A stretch of 64,000 nt of DNA from Alphaproteobacteria bacterium. GTDB taxonomy: Bacteria; Pseudomonadota; Alphaproteobacteria; GCA-2731375. Below are positions 28,362 through 38,404 of this stretch, piece after piece. Each line of letters starts with the position of its first letter. Position 1 is the stretch's first letter. The stretch spans positions 1,821,963-1,885,962 of the forward strand of contig CBDDDJ010000004.1 of NCBI GenBank assembly GCA_965226475.1. The letters are read 5' to 3'. Under the pieces are notes generated by a model that had not been told where the DNA came from, ran no database searches, and was given only the letters and a program-made list of their open reading frames with translations. The position numbers and the translations under genes are program-made.

Positions 28362-29687
28362 TTAGTCGAACCCCAGCACTTTCGACGGCAGCCACAGCGC
28401 CAGACCCGGGAAAGCCATCACCAGGCCGATGGCGACGATCTCAAGGCCGATGAAGGGAATGACACCCCGGTACATGTCCTTGAGCCTGATCTCCGGCGGG
28501 CTGATGCCGCGCAGATAGAAGATCGCCGGCGCCATCGGCGGCGTCAGGTAGCTGGTCTGGATAACGATCAAAAACAGGATCGAGAACCAGACCGGATCGA
28601 AGCCGAACTTGTGCATCAGCGCGATCGAGATCGGCACGAAGATCAGGATGATGGAGATCATGTCCAGCACGAAGCCGGCGATGAAGGCGAGGAAGAGGAT
28701 AACGAAGAGCGTGCTCCAGGCGGTGAGCCCGGCCGCGTTCATCAGGTTGGTCACCAGGTTCATGCCGCCCGAGGCAACGAAGATTCCCGAGAACATCACA
28801 CCGCCCATGTAGATCGTCATGATCATCGAGGCGACCAGCAGCGTTCGGATCACCGCCTCCTTGAGCACGGCGAAGCTGAAATTGCGGTAGGCCATGGTCA
28901 GCAGAATCGTCCCCGCCGCCCCCGTGGCCGCCGCCTCCGTCGGCGTCGCCGCGCCGATCATGATCGAGCCCAGCACCATCATCACCAGCAGCACCGGCGG
29001 GACCAGCGCGGTCAGCGAGATCACGATCTTGGCGAGGAAGGGCGGCTCCTCCACGCTCGGCGGCAGGCGGGGGCCGAGCCTGGGGCGGAGCGAACAGAGC
29101 ACCAGGATATAGACGATGTAGAGCCCGGCGATCATCAGCCCCGGGATCATCATGCCGATGAAGAGGTCGCCGATCGAGACGCTGGCGACCGGGCCCAGCA
29201 GGACTACCAGGATCGAAGGCGGGATGATGGTGCCGAGCGAGCCGCCGGCGCAGATCGTGCCGCTGATCAGGCCCTTGTCGTAGGCGTATTTCAGCATCGG
29301 CGGGATCGCCAGAATGCCGACCACGGATTCCGTGGCACCCAGCACGCCGCTGGCCGCGGCGAAGACCACGCACATCAGAATCGTACCGACCGCGAGCCCG
29401 CCCGGCAGCCGCCGGGTCCAGAGGTGGATGGCGTCGAACAGCTTGGCCGCGATACCCGAGCGCTCCAGCATCGAGCCCATGAAAATGAAGAGCGGGATCG
29501 CCGCCAGCACATGCGCGCCGGTGATGTCGTACACCTTGGATACCAAGATCGCCGCCAGCGCGTCCGGCGGCCAGCGCAGCAGGCCGAACAGGAAGGCCGT
29601 GCCGATGAGGCAGAAGGCGACCGGGAAGCCCAGGAAAATCATCGCCATCAGGGCCGGAAACATCCAGATGGCGATGTCGAGGCCCAT
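28362..29687 (-). CDS. TRAP transporter large permease subunit (DctM family), apparently orphan
   Basis: 441 aa and highly hydrophobic throughout. Typical DctM segments include ...IFMGSMLERSGIAAKLFDA... and ...GTIIPPSILVVLLG. No DctQ or DctP lies adjacent. Confidence 0.8.
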   Translation of the reverse strand: MGLDIAIWMFPALMAMIFLGFPVAFCLIGTAFLFGLLRWPPDALAAILVSKVYDITGAHVLAAIPLFIFMGSMLERSGIAAKLFDAIHLWTRRLPGGLAVGTILMCVVFAAASGVLGATESVVGILAIPPMLKYAYDKGLISGTICAGGSLGTIIPPSILVVLLGPVASVSIGDLFIGMMIPGLMIAGLYIVYILVLCSLRPRLGPRLPPSVEEPPFLAKIVISLTALVPPVLLVMMVLGSIMIGAATPTEAAATGAAGTILLTMAYRNFSFAVLKEAVIRTLLVASMIMTIYMGGVMFSGIFVASGGMNLVTNLMNAAGLTAWSTLFVILFLAFIAGFVLDMISIILIFVPISIALMHKFGFDPVWFSILFLIVIQTSYLTPPMAPAIFYLRGISPPEIRLKDMYRGVIPFIGLEIVAIGLVMAFPGLALWLPSKVLGFD

Positions 29688-29848
29688 GGGGTCGGCTCCG
29701 GCTCCCGCCCCTCGCGAGAGGGGAGAATGGCAGTGGGGACGCGCGCGGGACGCGCGGCGTCGGCGAGGTGGGGGCCTGTTGTAGGCCCGCGCGGCCCCGT
29801 GCCGTCAAGCAAAGATTGCGTGTGCTCGGGGCCCGAGGCCCCGGGAGG

Positions 29849-30118
29849 TCAGCTGGTGACGGCCTGGATCGCCTTTTTCGGGTCGTCGGCGTTCATCACC
29901 GGGAGGAACTCGACGGCGGCGTCGAGGTTCATGTATAGCGGCTCGGCGATGATCGGAATCTGGCTCGGATCGTCCATGTCGAAGACCATCATGCCGGCGC
30001 GCTCGCCGGCCTCGGGCCAGAAATAGGCCGCTTCCGGATGCAGTTTCGCCGCCATTTCCTCCAACACCCGGGCGAGGGTCCCGTCCTTGATCGTCTCGTT
30101 GCCGCGCTCCACCGGCAC
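29849..30118 (-). CDS. Small hypothetical protein (possibly DUF3303-like)
   Basis: 89 aa with a GTG start, ...YFWPEAGERAGMMVFDMDDPSQIPIIAEPLYMNLDAAVEFLPV... The family assignment is uncertain. Confidence 0.35.
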   Translation of the reverse strand: MPVERGNETIKDGTLARVLEEMAAKLHPEAAYFWPEAGERAGMMVFDMDDPSQIPIIAEPLYMNLDAAVEFLPVMNADDPKKAIQAVTS

Positions 30119-30248
30119 CGTCTACCGCACCATCATCCGCATCGCCGTTTCCTCCCAGGTTCCCTCGATCGTTGAGAATATACAGCATGGTCGCTGGCCA
30201 GAGGCGTGGAGGGGGCGTATTCTTTCTTCTTCGAGAGAGGCTGGCCGA

Positions 30249-30686
30249 ATGACAGATGCCGTCATCCCCGACGTGGTCCGGGACCAGACGATCCGGGCCC
30301 TCGGCCCGGACGCCAGCGCGCGCGAGGCGGCGGCCCTGATGGTCACGTGTGATATCTCGGCGATCCTGATCAACGACGAAGCGGGCCTGTTGGTCGGCAT
30401 CATCACGGAGCGCGATCTGGCGCGACGTATCGTCGCCGCCGGGCGCGATTCGGAGACGACGAAACTCGCCGAGATTATGACGGCGGAGCCCGAATGCATC
30501 CAGCCCGACGAGACGCCGGAGCGCGCGCTGCGCCTGATGCAGGTACGCCGCTACCGCCACCTGCCCATTGCCGCCGACGGTCGCGCCGTCGGCATCGTCT
30601 CGATCCGCGATCTCCGCGCCGCCGCCAAGCGTCGGCGCGGCGTCGGCGTGATCTCCTGGTTCACCGGACAGCGCCGCGCCGGCTGA
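30249..30686 (+). CDS. CBS-domain pair protein
   Basis: MTDAVIPDVVRDQTIRALGPDASAREAAALMVTCDISAILINDEAGLLVGIITERDLARR... It contains two CBS motifs. Confidence 0.75.
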   Translation: MTDAVIPDVVRDQTIRALGPDASAREAAALMVTCDISAILINDEAGLLVGIITERDLARRIVAAGRDSETTKLAEIMTAEPECIQPDETPERALRLMQVRRYRHLPIAADGRAVGIVSIRDLRAAAKRRRGVGVISWFTGQRRAG

Positions 30687-30693
30687 GCGGACG

Positions 30694-31725
30694 TCACTCG
30701 GAATCGCCGCCCATCATCAAGGCGAAGCCGCCGACCCCCGCGTCGGAACCACCTTGCAGCTCGAAGCGCCGGCCCTCCTCGATGCCGCGCTCGGTCAGCT
30801 CGAGCAGCCGCTTGGGCCTGAGGACGGCGAGATCGATGCCGCGGTCGGGGGCGAGATCCGCGATGGCCGGCTGGCCGGCTAGCCGTTCGTCCGCCATAAG
30901 CGGGCGTTGGAAGAGGCCGAGCGCCGCGGCGTGCTCGCCGATCAGGCCCAGATCGACCACGCGGGGGCCGTCGTGGCCGCCGAACCATTCGGGATCGGCG
31001 GCGACCGACCGGGCGAATTCGAGGCCGCGCGGCGTCAGGTCGTGCACCAGGAAGACTTGTAGCGCCGCGCGGCCTCGGACCGCGGCCAACATCGGTTGCC
31101 ACAATTCGGGCGGATCCTCGGGGCTGACGACATGGCAAGCGTTACGCAGGTCGAAGCCGTTGGCCCGATAGAAAATTGCATGGTCACGCCGCTCGCAGAT
31201 CAACAGCCGGTCGTGAACCACCTCGCCGAGGGCCGCAGAGGTCTCCGCTTCGTCGGCGGCCTCCGGCGAGATCACATGGGTCGGCGGATTGAGCTGGGCA
31301 TAGCGTTGCAGGATGCGCGGGACGTTGACTTTGGTCAGGTCGGTCCGAAGCTGCTTCTTGGCTGGAATCTTGTCGATGAATTTCGCGACCAGGACAAAAC
31401 CGATGATGGCCGAAACGATCGCCGCCGCGATGTTCCAGATGAAGAACAGCAGAATCGCCACGACCGCCACGATGCCCAAGGCGATGATCCATCGAATTCG
31501 GCCAGGCCGGGCCAGCCGGCGTTCCATCTCGTAGTTCAGCTGGGCCGGCAGATAACAGTGCTCGCCGTTCGCCGTCACGGAGTCGATCGCCAGCTTGACC
31601 GCCATGTCGGCCATGCCGTCAACCTTGGGATTGAGAGCGAAGAGGTGGCCGCATTGACCGCACTTGGCCGCCGGGCGGCCCTTGCCCAGGGGCTTGGTGT
31701 CGCCTTCGCACGCGACGCAGCGCAT
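30694..31725 (-). CDS. Hypothetical membrane-anchored protein with an N-terminal zinc-ribbon
   Basis: 343 aa. It starts MRCVACEGDTKPLGKGRPAAKCGQCGH (CxxC...CxxC). It has a single TM helix (IIALGIVAVVAILLFFIWNIAAAIVSAIIGFVLV). This is followed by a soluble domain of about 230 aa with no recognisable family. Confidence 0.5.
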   Translation of the reverse strand: MRCVACEGDTKPLGKGRPAAKCGQCGHLFALNPKVDGMADMAVKLAIDSVTANGEHCYLPAQLNYEMERRLARPGRIRWIIALGIVAVVAILLFFIWNIAAAIVSAIIGFVLVAKFIDKIPAKKQLRTDLTKVNVPRILQRYAQLNPPTHVISPEAADEAETSAALGEVVHDRLLICERRDHAIFYRANGFDLRNACHVVSPEDPPELWQPMLAAVRGRAALQVFLVHDLTPRGLEFARSVAADPEWFGGHDGPRVVDLGLIGEHAAALGLFQRPLMADERLAGQPAIADLAPDRGIDLAVLRPKRLLELTERGIEEGRRFELQGGSDAGVGGFALMMGGDSE

Positions 31726-31798
31726 GTCCCCGCCTCCTCCTCGTCTCCGGACGCGGCTGATATGATCGCACAAGACGAGGGATTCGGGGACCTGGGCG

Positions 31799-33604
31799 AT
31801 GTCGGACCTGCTGGGCGCATGGTCGCTGAGCGACATACCGGCGCGACGCCAGATCTCCGTGGTGGCGGAAGCGCGGATGTTGGCGCGGCTTCCGGGCCAT
31901 CCCCAGGGCTTGCGCGAAATCGCCGAGGGTCCGCTATGGCTGGTCGGCGGCCGCGCGAAGCTGGCCCGCGATGGCGCCAGGTGCCTGGGCTGGGAAGGCG
32001 TGCTGGTGGGCGAGGGCGTCCCGGGCGCGCTCGCCGCCGACAGGCCGCCAGAGGGCCATTTCGCCCTCGCCCAGGCCGATCTCGACGCCCCCCGTCTCAC
32101 CCTGCTGCGCGGCCTTTCGGGCGGTGAACGGCTCTACTACACCCGACTGCCGGGCTTGATGCTCTTCGCCGCCTCGCTTCGCCCGCTGCTCGCCCACCCG
32201 GACGTCGGCCGGGCCTTGAACGGGCGCGCCGTCGACGAGGTGATCCTCGCTGGCCTCACCATGGCCGGCACCGGCACGTTGATCGAGGGCATCGAAGAGG
32301 TGTTGCCCGGTCATGCCCTGGTTCTCTGCCGGGAGGTCGGTGAACAGCGCTGGCACTGGCCGGGCCTGCTGGAGCCGCTGGAGGGCGACATCGCCACCCT
32401 GGCGCGAGACTATTCCGACAAACTCGGCCGCGCTGTCGAGAGCGCCATCGGCGGCGCTGCACGCGTCGCCGTCACGCTGTCCGGCGGGATCGATTCATCG
32501 GCCATCGCCGCCCACGCGGTCGACTGCGTGGGCGGCGGAGGCGTCGAGGCCTTCACCTATGAATTCGACGATCCGACCCACCCGCCGGAGACCTCCCACG
32601 CGGTGGCGGTGGCGAAGCGTCTCGGCATCCGCCACCACGTCTTCAAGATAAGCTTCGCGGACTATCTGGCGGCCCTGCCGGAAACCGTCTGGCGCGCCGA
32701 GAGCCCGACCCATTGGCCCAAGGCCTTCATGCTGCCGGTGGCCCGGCGGATCATGGCGCACGGCTTCACGCGCTTTCTCTCCGGCTTCGGCATCGGCAGC
32801 CATATGGCGCATCTGGACGACCTCGCCCGGCTGCTGGCGCTGCCCGGCGCGCCGGCGCCCGCCGCGCGGGCCTGGTGGCTCGCCCGCTCGCGGCGGTGGC
32901 GCCATCTCCACCGGCTCCGCTACCTCCACCCGAGCCTGGAGCCGCTCTATCCCCGTTTGCAGCTGATGGTGCTGGCCGTGCTTCGCGAGCGCGGCCTGAT
33001 CGGCGACATCCGTGGCCACTATCCAAAATCGCTGGCGTCGTTGCTGGGCACGACGGGCGATATCGCCGCGGCCCCCTCCGGCTTCGCCGACCTCGATCTC
33101 GCCGCGCACTTGCGCCATCAGAGTTTCGCCCGCCTGGCCTCTTGCATCGATGTCACCAGGTGGGAGAAGGTGCTGCGCGAGATCGGCGCCGAGCGCCTGT
33201 CGCCGGCCCATTTCGCCGTCGCGCTGCCCCACTCCTACCTGCCGATCCGGCCCCGCCCCAGCCCCTGGACGGAGGCGGGGCGGCTCCGCCCCGGCAAGCT
33301 GCTACTGCGTGAATCGATGAAGGGCGTGCTACCCGATTCCGTCCTCTATCGCCGCAAATCCTGGGCCGACGCGGTGGTCTCGCCGACCTGGTACGCCGCC
33401 GGCCTCGCCTGGATGCGGAGCGTGCTGCCAACCGACGGCGATATCCTGGACTCCGACCGGCCCGGCTATGCCGAGGCCCTGGCCTGCTGGGAACCGCGCG
33501 CGCCGCAGGCGACGCCGACGGCGCTCCGCTTCTGGCACCGGGTGGTGGTGGAGCGCGGTGGCGGGCGCGAGCCACCCACTTGGCGCGACCTGGCGCGCGA
33601 TTAG
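31799..33604 (+). CDS. Asparagine-synthetase-B-family protein lacking the N-terminal catalytic Cys (predicted glutaminase-inactive)
   Basis: 601 aa. It has the PP-loop ATP pyrophosphatase motif VTLSGGIDSSAIAA. The N-terminus is MSDLLGAW rather than MCG. Confidence 0.75.
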   Translation: MSDLLGAWSLSDIPARRQISVVAEARMLARLPGHPQGLREIAEGPLWLVGGRAKLARDGARCLGWEGVLVGEGVPGALAADRPPEGHFALAQADLDAPRLTLLRGLSGGERLYYTRLPGLMLFAASLRPLLAHPDVGRALNGRAVDEVILAGLTMAGTGTLIEGIEEVLPGHALVLCREVGEQRWHWPGLLEPLEGDIATLARDYSDKLGRAVESAIGGAARVAVTLSGGIDSSAIAAHAVDCVGGGGVEAFTYEFDDPTHPPETSHAVAVAKRLGIRHHVFKISFADYLAALPETVWRAESPTHWPKAFMLPVARRIMAHGFTRFLSGFGIGSHMAHLDDLARLLALPGAPAPAARAWWLARSRRWRHLHRLRYLHPSLEPLYPRLQLMVLAVLRERGLIGDIRGHYPKSLASLLGTTGDIAAAPSGFADLDLAAHLRHQSFARLASCIDVTRWEKVLREIGAERLSPAHFAVALPHSYLPIRPRPSPWTEAGRLRPGKLLLRESMKGVLPDSVLYRRKSWADAVVSPTWYAAGLAWMRSVLPTDGDILDSDRPGYAEALACWEPRAPQATPTALRFWHRVVVERGGGREPPTWRDLARD

Positions 33605-34068
33605 CCCAGCCCCAGCTTCATCCCCTCGTGCGTCGCCTCGAAGCCGAGGGATTCGTAGAAGCGGTGGGCCTCCGGGCGGGTCTTGTCGGTGGTGAGCTGC
33701 ACCAGGCCGCAGCCGCGCTCGCCACAGCGCTCGATCGCCCATTCAAACAAGATACGACCAAGACCCCGGCCGCGCGCGTTTTCGTCGATGCGCACGCCCT
33801 CGATCTGGCCGCGCCACATACCGAGGCGGGCGAGGCCGGGAATGAAGCTCAGCTGCAGGCAGCCGACGATGCCGCCCGCCCCCTCGGCGACGGCGAGCAG
33901 CTGGTTCGGATCCGCCTCGATCGCCCGGAAGGCCTGGACATAGGTTTCGGCGAGCGGGCGCGAATTATCCTCCCGCCCTTGGCCGAGTGGGTCGTTGGCC
34001 AGCAGGTCGACGATCGCTTCCAAGTCCGCCGCCCGGGCGGGGCGGACGGTGATGTTGCCGTCGCTCAC
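33601..34068 (-). CDS. GNAT-family N-acetyltransferase
   Basis: 155 aa, ...VAEGAGGIVGCLQLSF..., ...RGRGLGRILFEWAIERC... Confidence 0.75.
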   Translation of the reverse strand: MSDGNITVRPARAADLEAIVDLLANDPLGQGREDNSRPLAETYVQAFRAIEADPNQLLAVAEGAGGIVGCLQLSFIPGLARLGMWRGQIEGVRIDENARGRGLGRILFEWAIERCGERGCGLVQLTTDKTRPEAHRFYESLGFEATHEGMKLGLG

Positions 34069-34976
34069 CCGGCGTGACGCCGTTTGATGTCGGGGATGAC
34101 CTCGGCGACGATTCGCTCGAAGGCGTCATTCTGCGCGTCGAGTGTCGGGTAATAGATCCCGAGCTCGCTCATCCCGGTCTCGATCAGGCTTTCCACCATG
34201 TCGACGAAGAGGTTGGTGGATTCATAATAGGTCACCGCCCCGCCGCTGGCCCGCGAGGCGGGATCGAACATCTGGTAGGAGCGGCGGAGTTCGGACGAAT
34301 CGCGGCCGATGGCGGCCAGGTTGTCGTCCATCCGGCCCATCCGCTCGCGGGTCTCCGCCAACTGTTCGGGGAACGTTTCGGCGAAGCTGAGGCTATTCCA
34401 GTTGTCGGCGTATTTCGCCGCGTGGCGCATCATCACCGGGCGTAGCGCGGCGATGACGATCGGCGGACGAGGGCTCTGCACTGGCCTCGGGCTCATCACC
34501 GCGCCCTCGACGTGATAATACTCGCCCGCATAGCTTGTCACCTCGTTGGAGAGTAGCCGGTCGACGATTTCGACATATTCCGGGAAACGGGCGACGCGCT
34601 CCTTCTCGCTCCAATTCTCGATGCCGATCATGTCGTAGGCCGGATCGACCCTGAGACCGATACCGAGACCGAGATCCAGCCGGCCGCCCGAGATGTGATC
34701 GACGGTCAGGGCCTGGCGCGCCAGCATCGCCGGATTGCGCAGCGGAATCTGCGTCACGTAAGTGGCGAGACGGATGCGCGAGGTCGCCTGGGCCAGGCCG
34801 GCGAGGGTGGTCCAGGCCTCCAGCCAATGGCGCTCCGGATTGGTCCAGTCGCAGAAATGGTCGCCAGTCGTCGCCATGTCGGCGCCCAGGTCCTCGACGT
34901 GGCGGAAACGTCGGAGCACGCCAGCGAAATCGTCGCTCGGCATGATGGCGACTTGAAAGCGCAGGTCGTGGGTCAT
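34065..34976 (-). CDS. LLM-class (luciferase-like) flavin-dependent oxidoreductase, intact copy
   Basis: 303 aa, ...VEDLGADMATTGDHF..., ...LTVDHISGGRLDLGLGIG... Confidence 0.8.
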   Translation of the reverse strand: MTHDLRFQVAIMPSDDFAGVLRRFRHVEDLGADMATTGDHFCDWTNPERHWLEAWTTLAGLAQATSRIRLATYVTQIPLRNPAMLARQALTVDHISGGRLDLGLGIGLRVDPAYDMIGIENWSEKERVARFPEYVEIVDRLLSNEVTSYAGEYYHVEGAVMSPRPVQSPRPPIVIAALRPVMMRHAAKYADNWNSLSFAETFPEQLAETRERMGRMDDNLAAIGRDSSELRRSYQMFDPASRASGGAVTYYESTNLFVDMVESLIETGMSELGIYYPTLDAQNDAFERIVAEVIPDIKRRHAG

Positions 34977-35028
34977 GATCGTCTCCTCTCTCGCCCGAAG
35001 GGGTCATCGTCGGTCGTGGAATGCCCTC

Positions 35029-35703
35029 TCAGCCGGCGAGCGAGAGGCGGTTCAAGGCGTCAACGTGGACCTGGGCGCTGTCGAGCACCGGGAAGCCGCA
35101 GTCCCGGCCGTTGAAGGCGAGGCAGAGGTCGGTGCCGCCGAGGACGACGATCTCGGCGCCCTGGTTCTCGACCAGTTCCTTCCCCTGGCGGAAAAAGAAC
35201 GCGCGTTGCGCCTCGTTGACCCGGCCGGCGGACGCCATGGCGACGTAGTTGTCGTGCGTTGCCTGCAACTCGGCCCCTTCGGGCAGCGCCACCTCGATTT
35301 CGGGGATGGCGCCATAAATGTGGCTTTCCATGACCGCGCGCGTCCCCATTAGGCCGATGCGGCCGTGGCCGTCGGAGGTCAGCCGGGTGGCCATCTCCGC
35401 CACCAGGTTCAGCAGCGGCAAGCAGGAGCGCGCCTCCAGATCGGCGAAGCAGAAATGACCGCCCATGGAGGTGACGGCGGCGATTTCGGCGCCGGCTGCC
35501 GCCAGCCGCTCGACCACGCCGGCGAAGATCGCGCCCTGGGCATCCGCCCGGCCGGCCATCAGGTTGGCGATCATATCGGCCGAGTGGGCCTGCTGAATGG
35601 AGAGTTCCAGCCGCCGTCCGGCTTTGGCGTGGGCGTCGACCAAGCCCTGGTAATAGAACACCGTCGCGGCGGGACCGATGCCGCCGATCAAGCCGATATG
35701 CAT
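35029..35703 (-). CDS. Asp/Glu/hydantoin racemase family protein
   Basis: MHIGLIGGIGPAATVFYYQGLVDAH..., then ...EIVVLGGTDL. Confidence 0.75.
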   Translation of the reverse strand: MHIGLIGGIGPAATVFYYQGLVDAHAKAGRRLELSIQQAHSADMIANLMAGRADAQGAIFAGVVERLAAAGAEIAAVTSMGGHFCFADLEARSCLPLLNLVAEMATRLTSDGHGRIGLMGTRAVMESHIYGAIPEIEVALPEGAELQATHDNYVAMASAGRVNEAQRAFFFRQGKELVENQGAEIVVLGGTDLCLAFNGRDCGFPVLDSAQVHVDALNRLSLAG

Positions 35704-35806
35704 GGCATTGCCCTTTCCGGCCCTCTTGACTTCCGGCCCACATAGGGCGTGACATCGCGCCGGCCGGCGACCCATACTATCGTGGCTGGTTCGACGTGAC
35801 GAACCC

Positions 35807-36928
35807 ATGGACACGGGCGAGATGGCGGAAGAGTACGACGGAGCCGGTGACGGCGAAACTAATTTCGTGGCGATCAGCGGGGTTCTCGACCCCCTGCTGC
35901 ATCTCTTCGATTTGTTTGATTTCGTGGTCCTGCATCTTTATCCGCCGTACCTGCCACAACTCGTGGCTCAGGTGACGCCCATGGAGCAGCCGCTGCAAGA
36001 CGGCCTTGCCGCCTTCAACGCCATTTCCTGGTCCGAGCGTTATGGCGATTTTGCCGGTCGGGTGAGTGGCTCGGCCGAGATTGCCCTCGAGGCGATCACC
36101 GGCCTCCGCGAGGCGCGTGACGCGCCCGAGGGCGCCATCCAGGCGACCCGCGCGCTGCGCGGTGCCTCGGCCGCCTTGGAGATGCTCTATCCGCTGGCCC
36201 TGGGCATGGCGCCGGTCAGCCGTTTCTTCCTGCCGGAAGAGGCGCGCGAGGACCTCGAGCTCGAGGAGCGCCTTCGCAACGCGGACTACGACCGCGATAC
36301 CGTTGGCGTCATGCATGTCGAGAACGAGATTTCCGATCGCGGCGGCTTCTCCCTCTACGTGCCGGAATATTACGAAGACGACTTGGCTTGGCCGGTGGTC
36401 TTCGCGCTGCATGGTGGCTCGGGCCACGGCCGCAGCTTTTTCTGGAACTGGATGCGCGAGGCGCGATCCGGCGGGGTGATCCTGGTAAGCCCGACCTCGA
36501 TGGAGCGCACCTGGTCGCTGATGGGCGCGGACGTCGATAGCGAAAACCTGGAAGCGATGCTGGACTTCATCGGCACTCATTGGAACATCAACCGTGAACG
36601 GGTGCTGATGACGGGGCTGAGCGACGGCGGCACCTTCTGCTACGTGAGCGGGCTCCGCGCCGCCTCGCCCTTCACTCACTTGGCGCCGATCGCCGCGAGT
36701 TTTCACCCGGGCCTTCTCGACGTGATCGACGAAGCTCGCGTCGTGGGCCGCAAGATCAACATCATTCACGGCGTGCTCGACTGGATGTTCCCGATTGAGG
36801 TCGCCCGCCAAGCTCGCGACGCCCTCGCGGCGGCGCGCGCGTCGCTCGAATATCGCGAGATCGAAGATCTTTCACACAGCTTCCCCCGGGACGAAAACAT
36901 TCCGACACTGGAATGGTTTTCGCGCTGA
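35807..36928 (+). CDS. Alpha/beta-hydrolase esterase (phospholipase/carboxylesterase or PHB-depolymerase-like fold) with an N-terminal domain of about 150 aa of unknown function
   Basis: ...VVFALHGGSGHGRSFFWNW..., then ...VLMTGLSDGGTF..., then ...INIIHGVLDWMFP. Confidence 0.65.
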   Translation: MDTGEMAEEYDGAGDGETNFVAISGVLDPLLHLFDLFDFVVLHLYPPYLPQLVAQVTPMEQPLQDGLAAFNAISWSERYGDFAGRVSGSAEIALEAITGLREARDAPEGAIQATRALRGASAALEMLYPLALGMAPVSRFFLPEEAREDLELEERLRNADYDRDTVGVMHVENEISDRGGFSLYVPEYYEDDLAWPVVFALHGGSGHGRSFFWNWMREARSGGVILVSPTSMERTWSLMGADVDSENLEAMLDFIGTHWNINRERVLMTGLSDGGTFCYVSGLRAASPFTHLAPIAASFHPGLLDVIDEARVVGRKINIIHGVLDWMFPIEVARQARDALAAARASLEYREIEDLSHSFPRDENIPTLEWFSR

Positions 36929-36955
36929 GTTTCCGCCGCTTATTTCGATAACGAT

Positions 36956-38404
36956 ATGGTTTCGTCGGCGCTGGGGAAATTGGCCGAACAGGCCCGGCGG
37001 GAGGTCGAGATGACCGCCCATCCCCGCCTCGACTGGATGGCGGAACGCCGGACGGCGGCGGGCGAACGGCTGCTGGACGTGCTGATCGTGGGTGCCGGCC
37101 AGGGCGGCCTCGCGACCGCGTTCGAGCTTCGCCGCCAGCGGATCCGGAACGTGGCCGTGATCGACCGCGCGGTCCGGGGCCGCGAAGGCGTTTGGCGAAC
37201 CTATGCCCGCATGCCGGAGTTGCGCTCGCCCAAGGATTACAGCGGCCCCGACCTGGGTCTGCCGAGCCTGACCTACGAGGCTTGGCACCTGGCCCGCCAT
37301 GGCCGGACGGACTGGGATGCGGTCCCCCTCATCCGCGCCGCCGACTGGGCCGACTACCTGGACTGGTACCGCGAGACGCTCGACCTGCCCGTCAGGAACG
37401 AGGTGGCGTTGATCCGGATCGAGCCGGCAAGGGACCACCTCCGCGCCCACCTCGAGACGCCCGCCGGGACCGAGACCGTGCCCTGCCGCAAGATCGTGCT
37501 GGCAACCGGACAGGATGGTCTCGGGCGCTGGTGGATGCCGCCCGAGATCGAGGCGCTGCCGAGGAGACTTCGCGCCCATGCGGCGGACGAGATCGATTTC
37601 GATGCGTTGCGGGACCGCAGAGTCCTGGTAGTCGGCGCCGGCGCCAGCGCGGCCGACAATGCGGCGATGGCGCTCGAGGCGGGTGCGGTGGAGGTCCGAA
37701 TGCTCTGCCGGCGGCCCGAATTGCAGCGGATTCAGCCACTCAGATGGCTGACCTTCGCCGGCTTCCTCCGCCACCTCGGCGAACTGGACGACCAATGGCG
37801 CTGGCGCTTCATGAGCCGGATCATCGGCATGCGGGAGGGAATTCCGAAGCGGAGCTTCCAGCGAATGGCGTGCCACGCCGGATTTCGCCTCACCCTGGGC
37901 GCCCCGGTGCTCTCGGCGGGGGTCGAGGACGGCCGGGCGCTACTCGGGACGCCCAAGGGGAACTTCGCCGCCGACTTCGTGATCGCCGCCACCGGCATCG
38001 ACGTCGACCCGGCGTCGCGTCCGGAGCTGGCCGAGTTCGCGGACGAGATCGCCCGCTGGTCGGACCGCTACCAGCCGCCGGCCGACGAGCGGGACGAGCG
38101 CTTGGCGCGCTATCCCTATCTCGGGTCCGACCAGCAGTTTCTGGAGCACTGCCCGGGGGCCGCGCGCCACCTCGCCGATATCCACGACTTTACCATCGCC
38201 ACGGTAATGAGCCTGGGCCCGGCCGGCGCCTCGATCAACGCCATGACGACGTCGGTACCACGACTGGTCCGGGCGTTGACGCGCGGCCTCTTCCGAGCCG
38301 ACGTCGCGCGGCATTACGAATCGTTCTTGAACTACGACGTCGCCATGTTCGAATTCGATGAGATCGAATGGGCTGGCGGTGGCCCGGAGGCTCACATCGA
38401 ATAA
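36956..38404 (+). CDS. FAD/NAD(P)-binding oxidoreductase (flavin monooxygenase-like, two dinucleotide-binding motifs)
   Basis: LLDVLIVGAGQGGLATAF..., then ...RVLVVGAGASAADNAA... The true start may be the ATG at 37010. Confidence 0.65.
   Translation: MVSSALGKLAEQARREVEMTAHPRLDWMAERRTAAGERLLDVLIVGAGQGGLATAFELRRQRIRNVAVIDRAVRGREGVWRTYARMPELRSPKDYSGPDLGLPSLTYEAWHLARHGRTDWDAVPLIRAADWADYLDWYRETLDLPVRNEVALIRIEPARDHLRAHLETPAGTETVPCRKIVLATGQDGLGRWWMPPEIEALPRRLRAHAADEIDFDALRDRRVLVVGAGASAADNAAMALEAGAVEVRMLCRRPELQRIQPLRWLTFAGFLRHLGELDDQWRWRFMSRIIGMREGIPKRSFQRMACHAGFRLTLGAPVLSAGVEDGRALLGTPKGNFAADFVIAATGIDVDPASRPELAEFADEIARWSDRYQPPADERDERLARYPYLGSDQQFLEHCPGAARHLADIHDFTIATVMSLGPAGASINAMTTSVPRLVRALTRGLFRADVARHYESFLNYDVAMFEFDEIEWAGGGPEAHIE

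Noticed and set aside
30122-30499. 125-aa ORF in frame with the 89-aa gene at 29849-30118, separated by one stop. It was considered as another read-through (Sec) candidate
   Set aside because: The intervening stop is TAG, not TGA. The ORF is antisense to the CBS-domain gene and Arg/Ser-rich.
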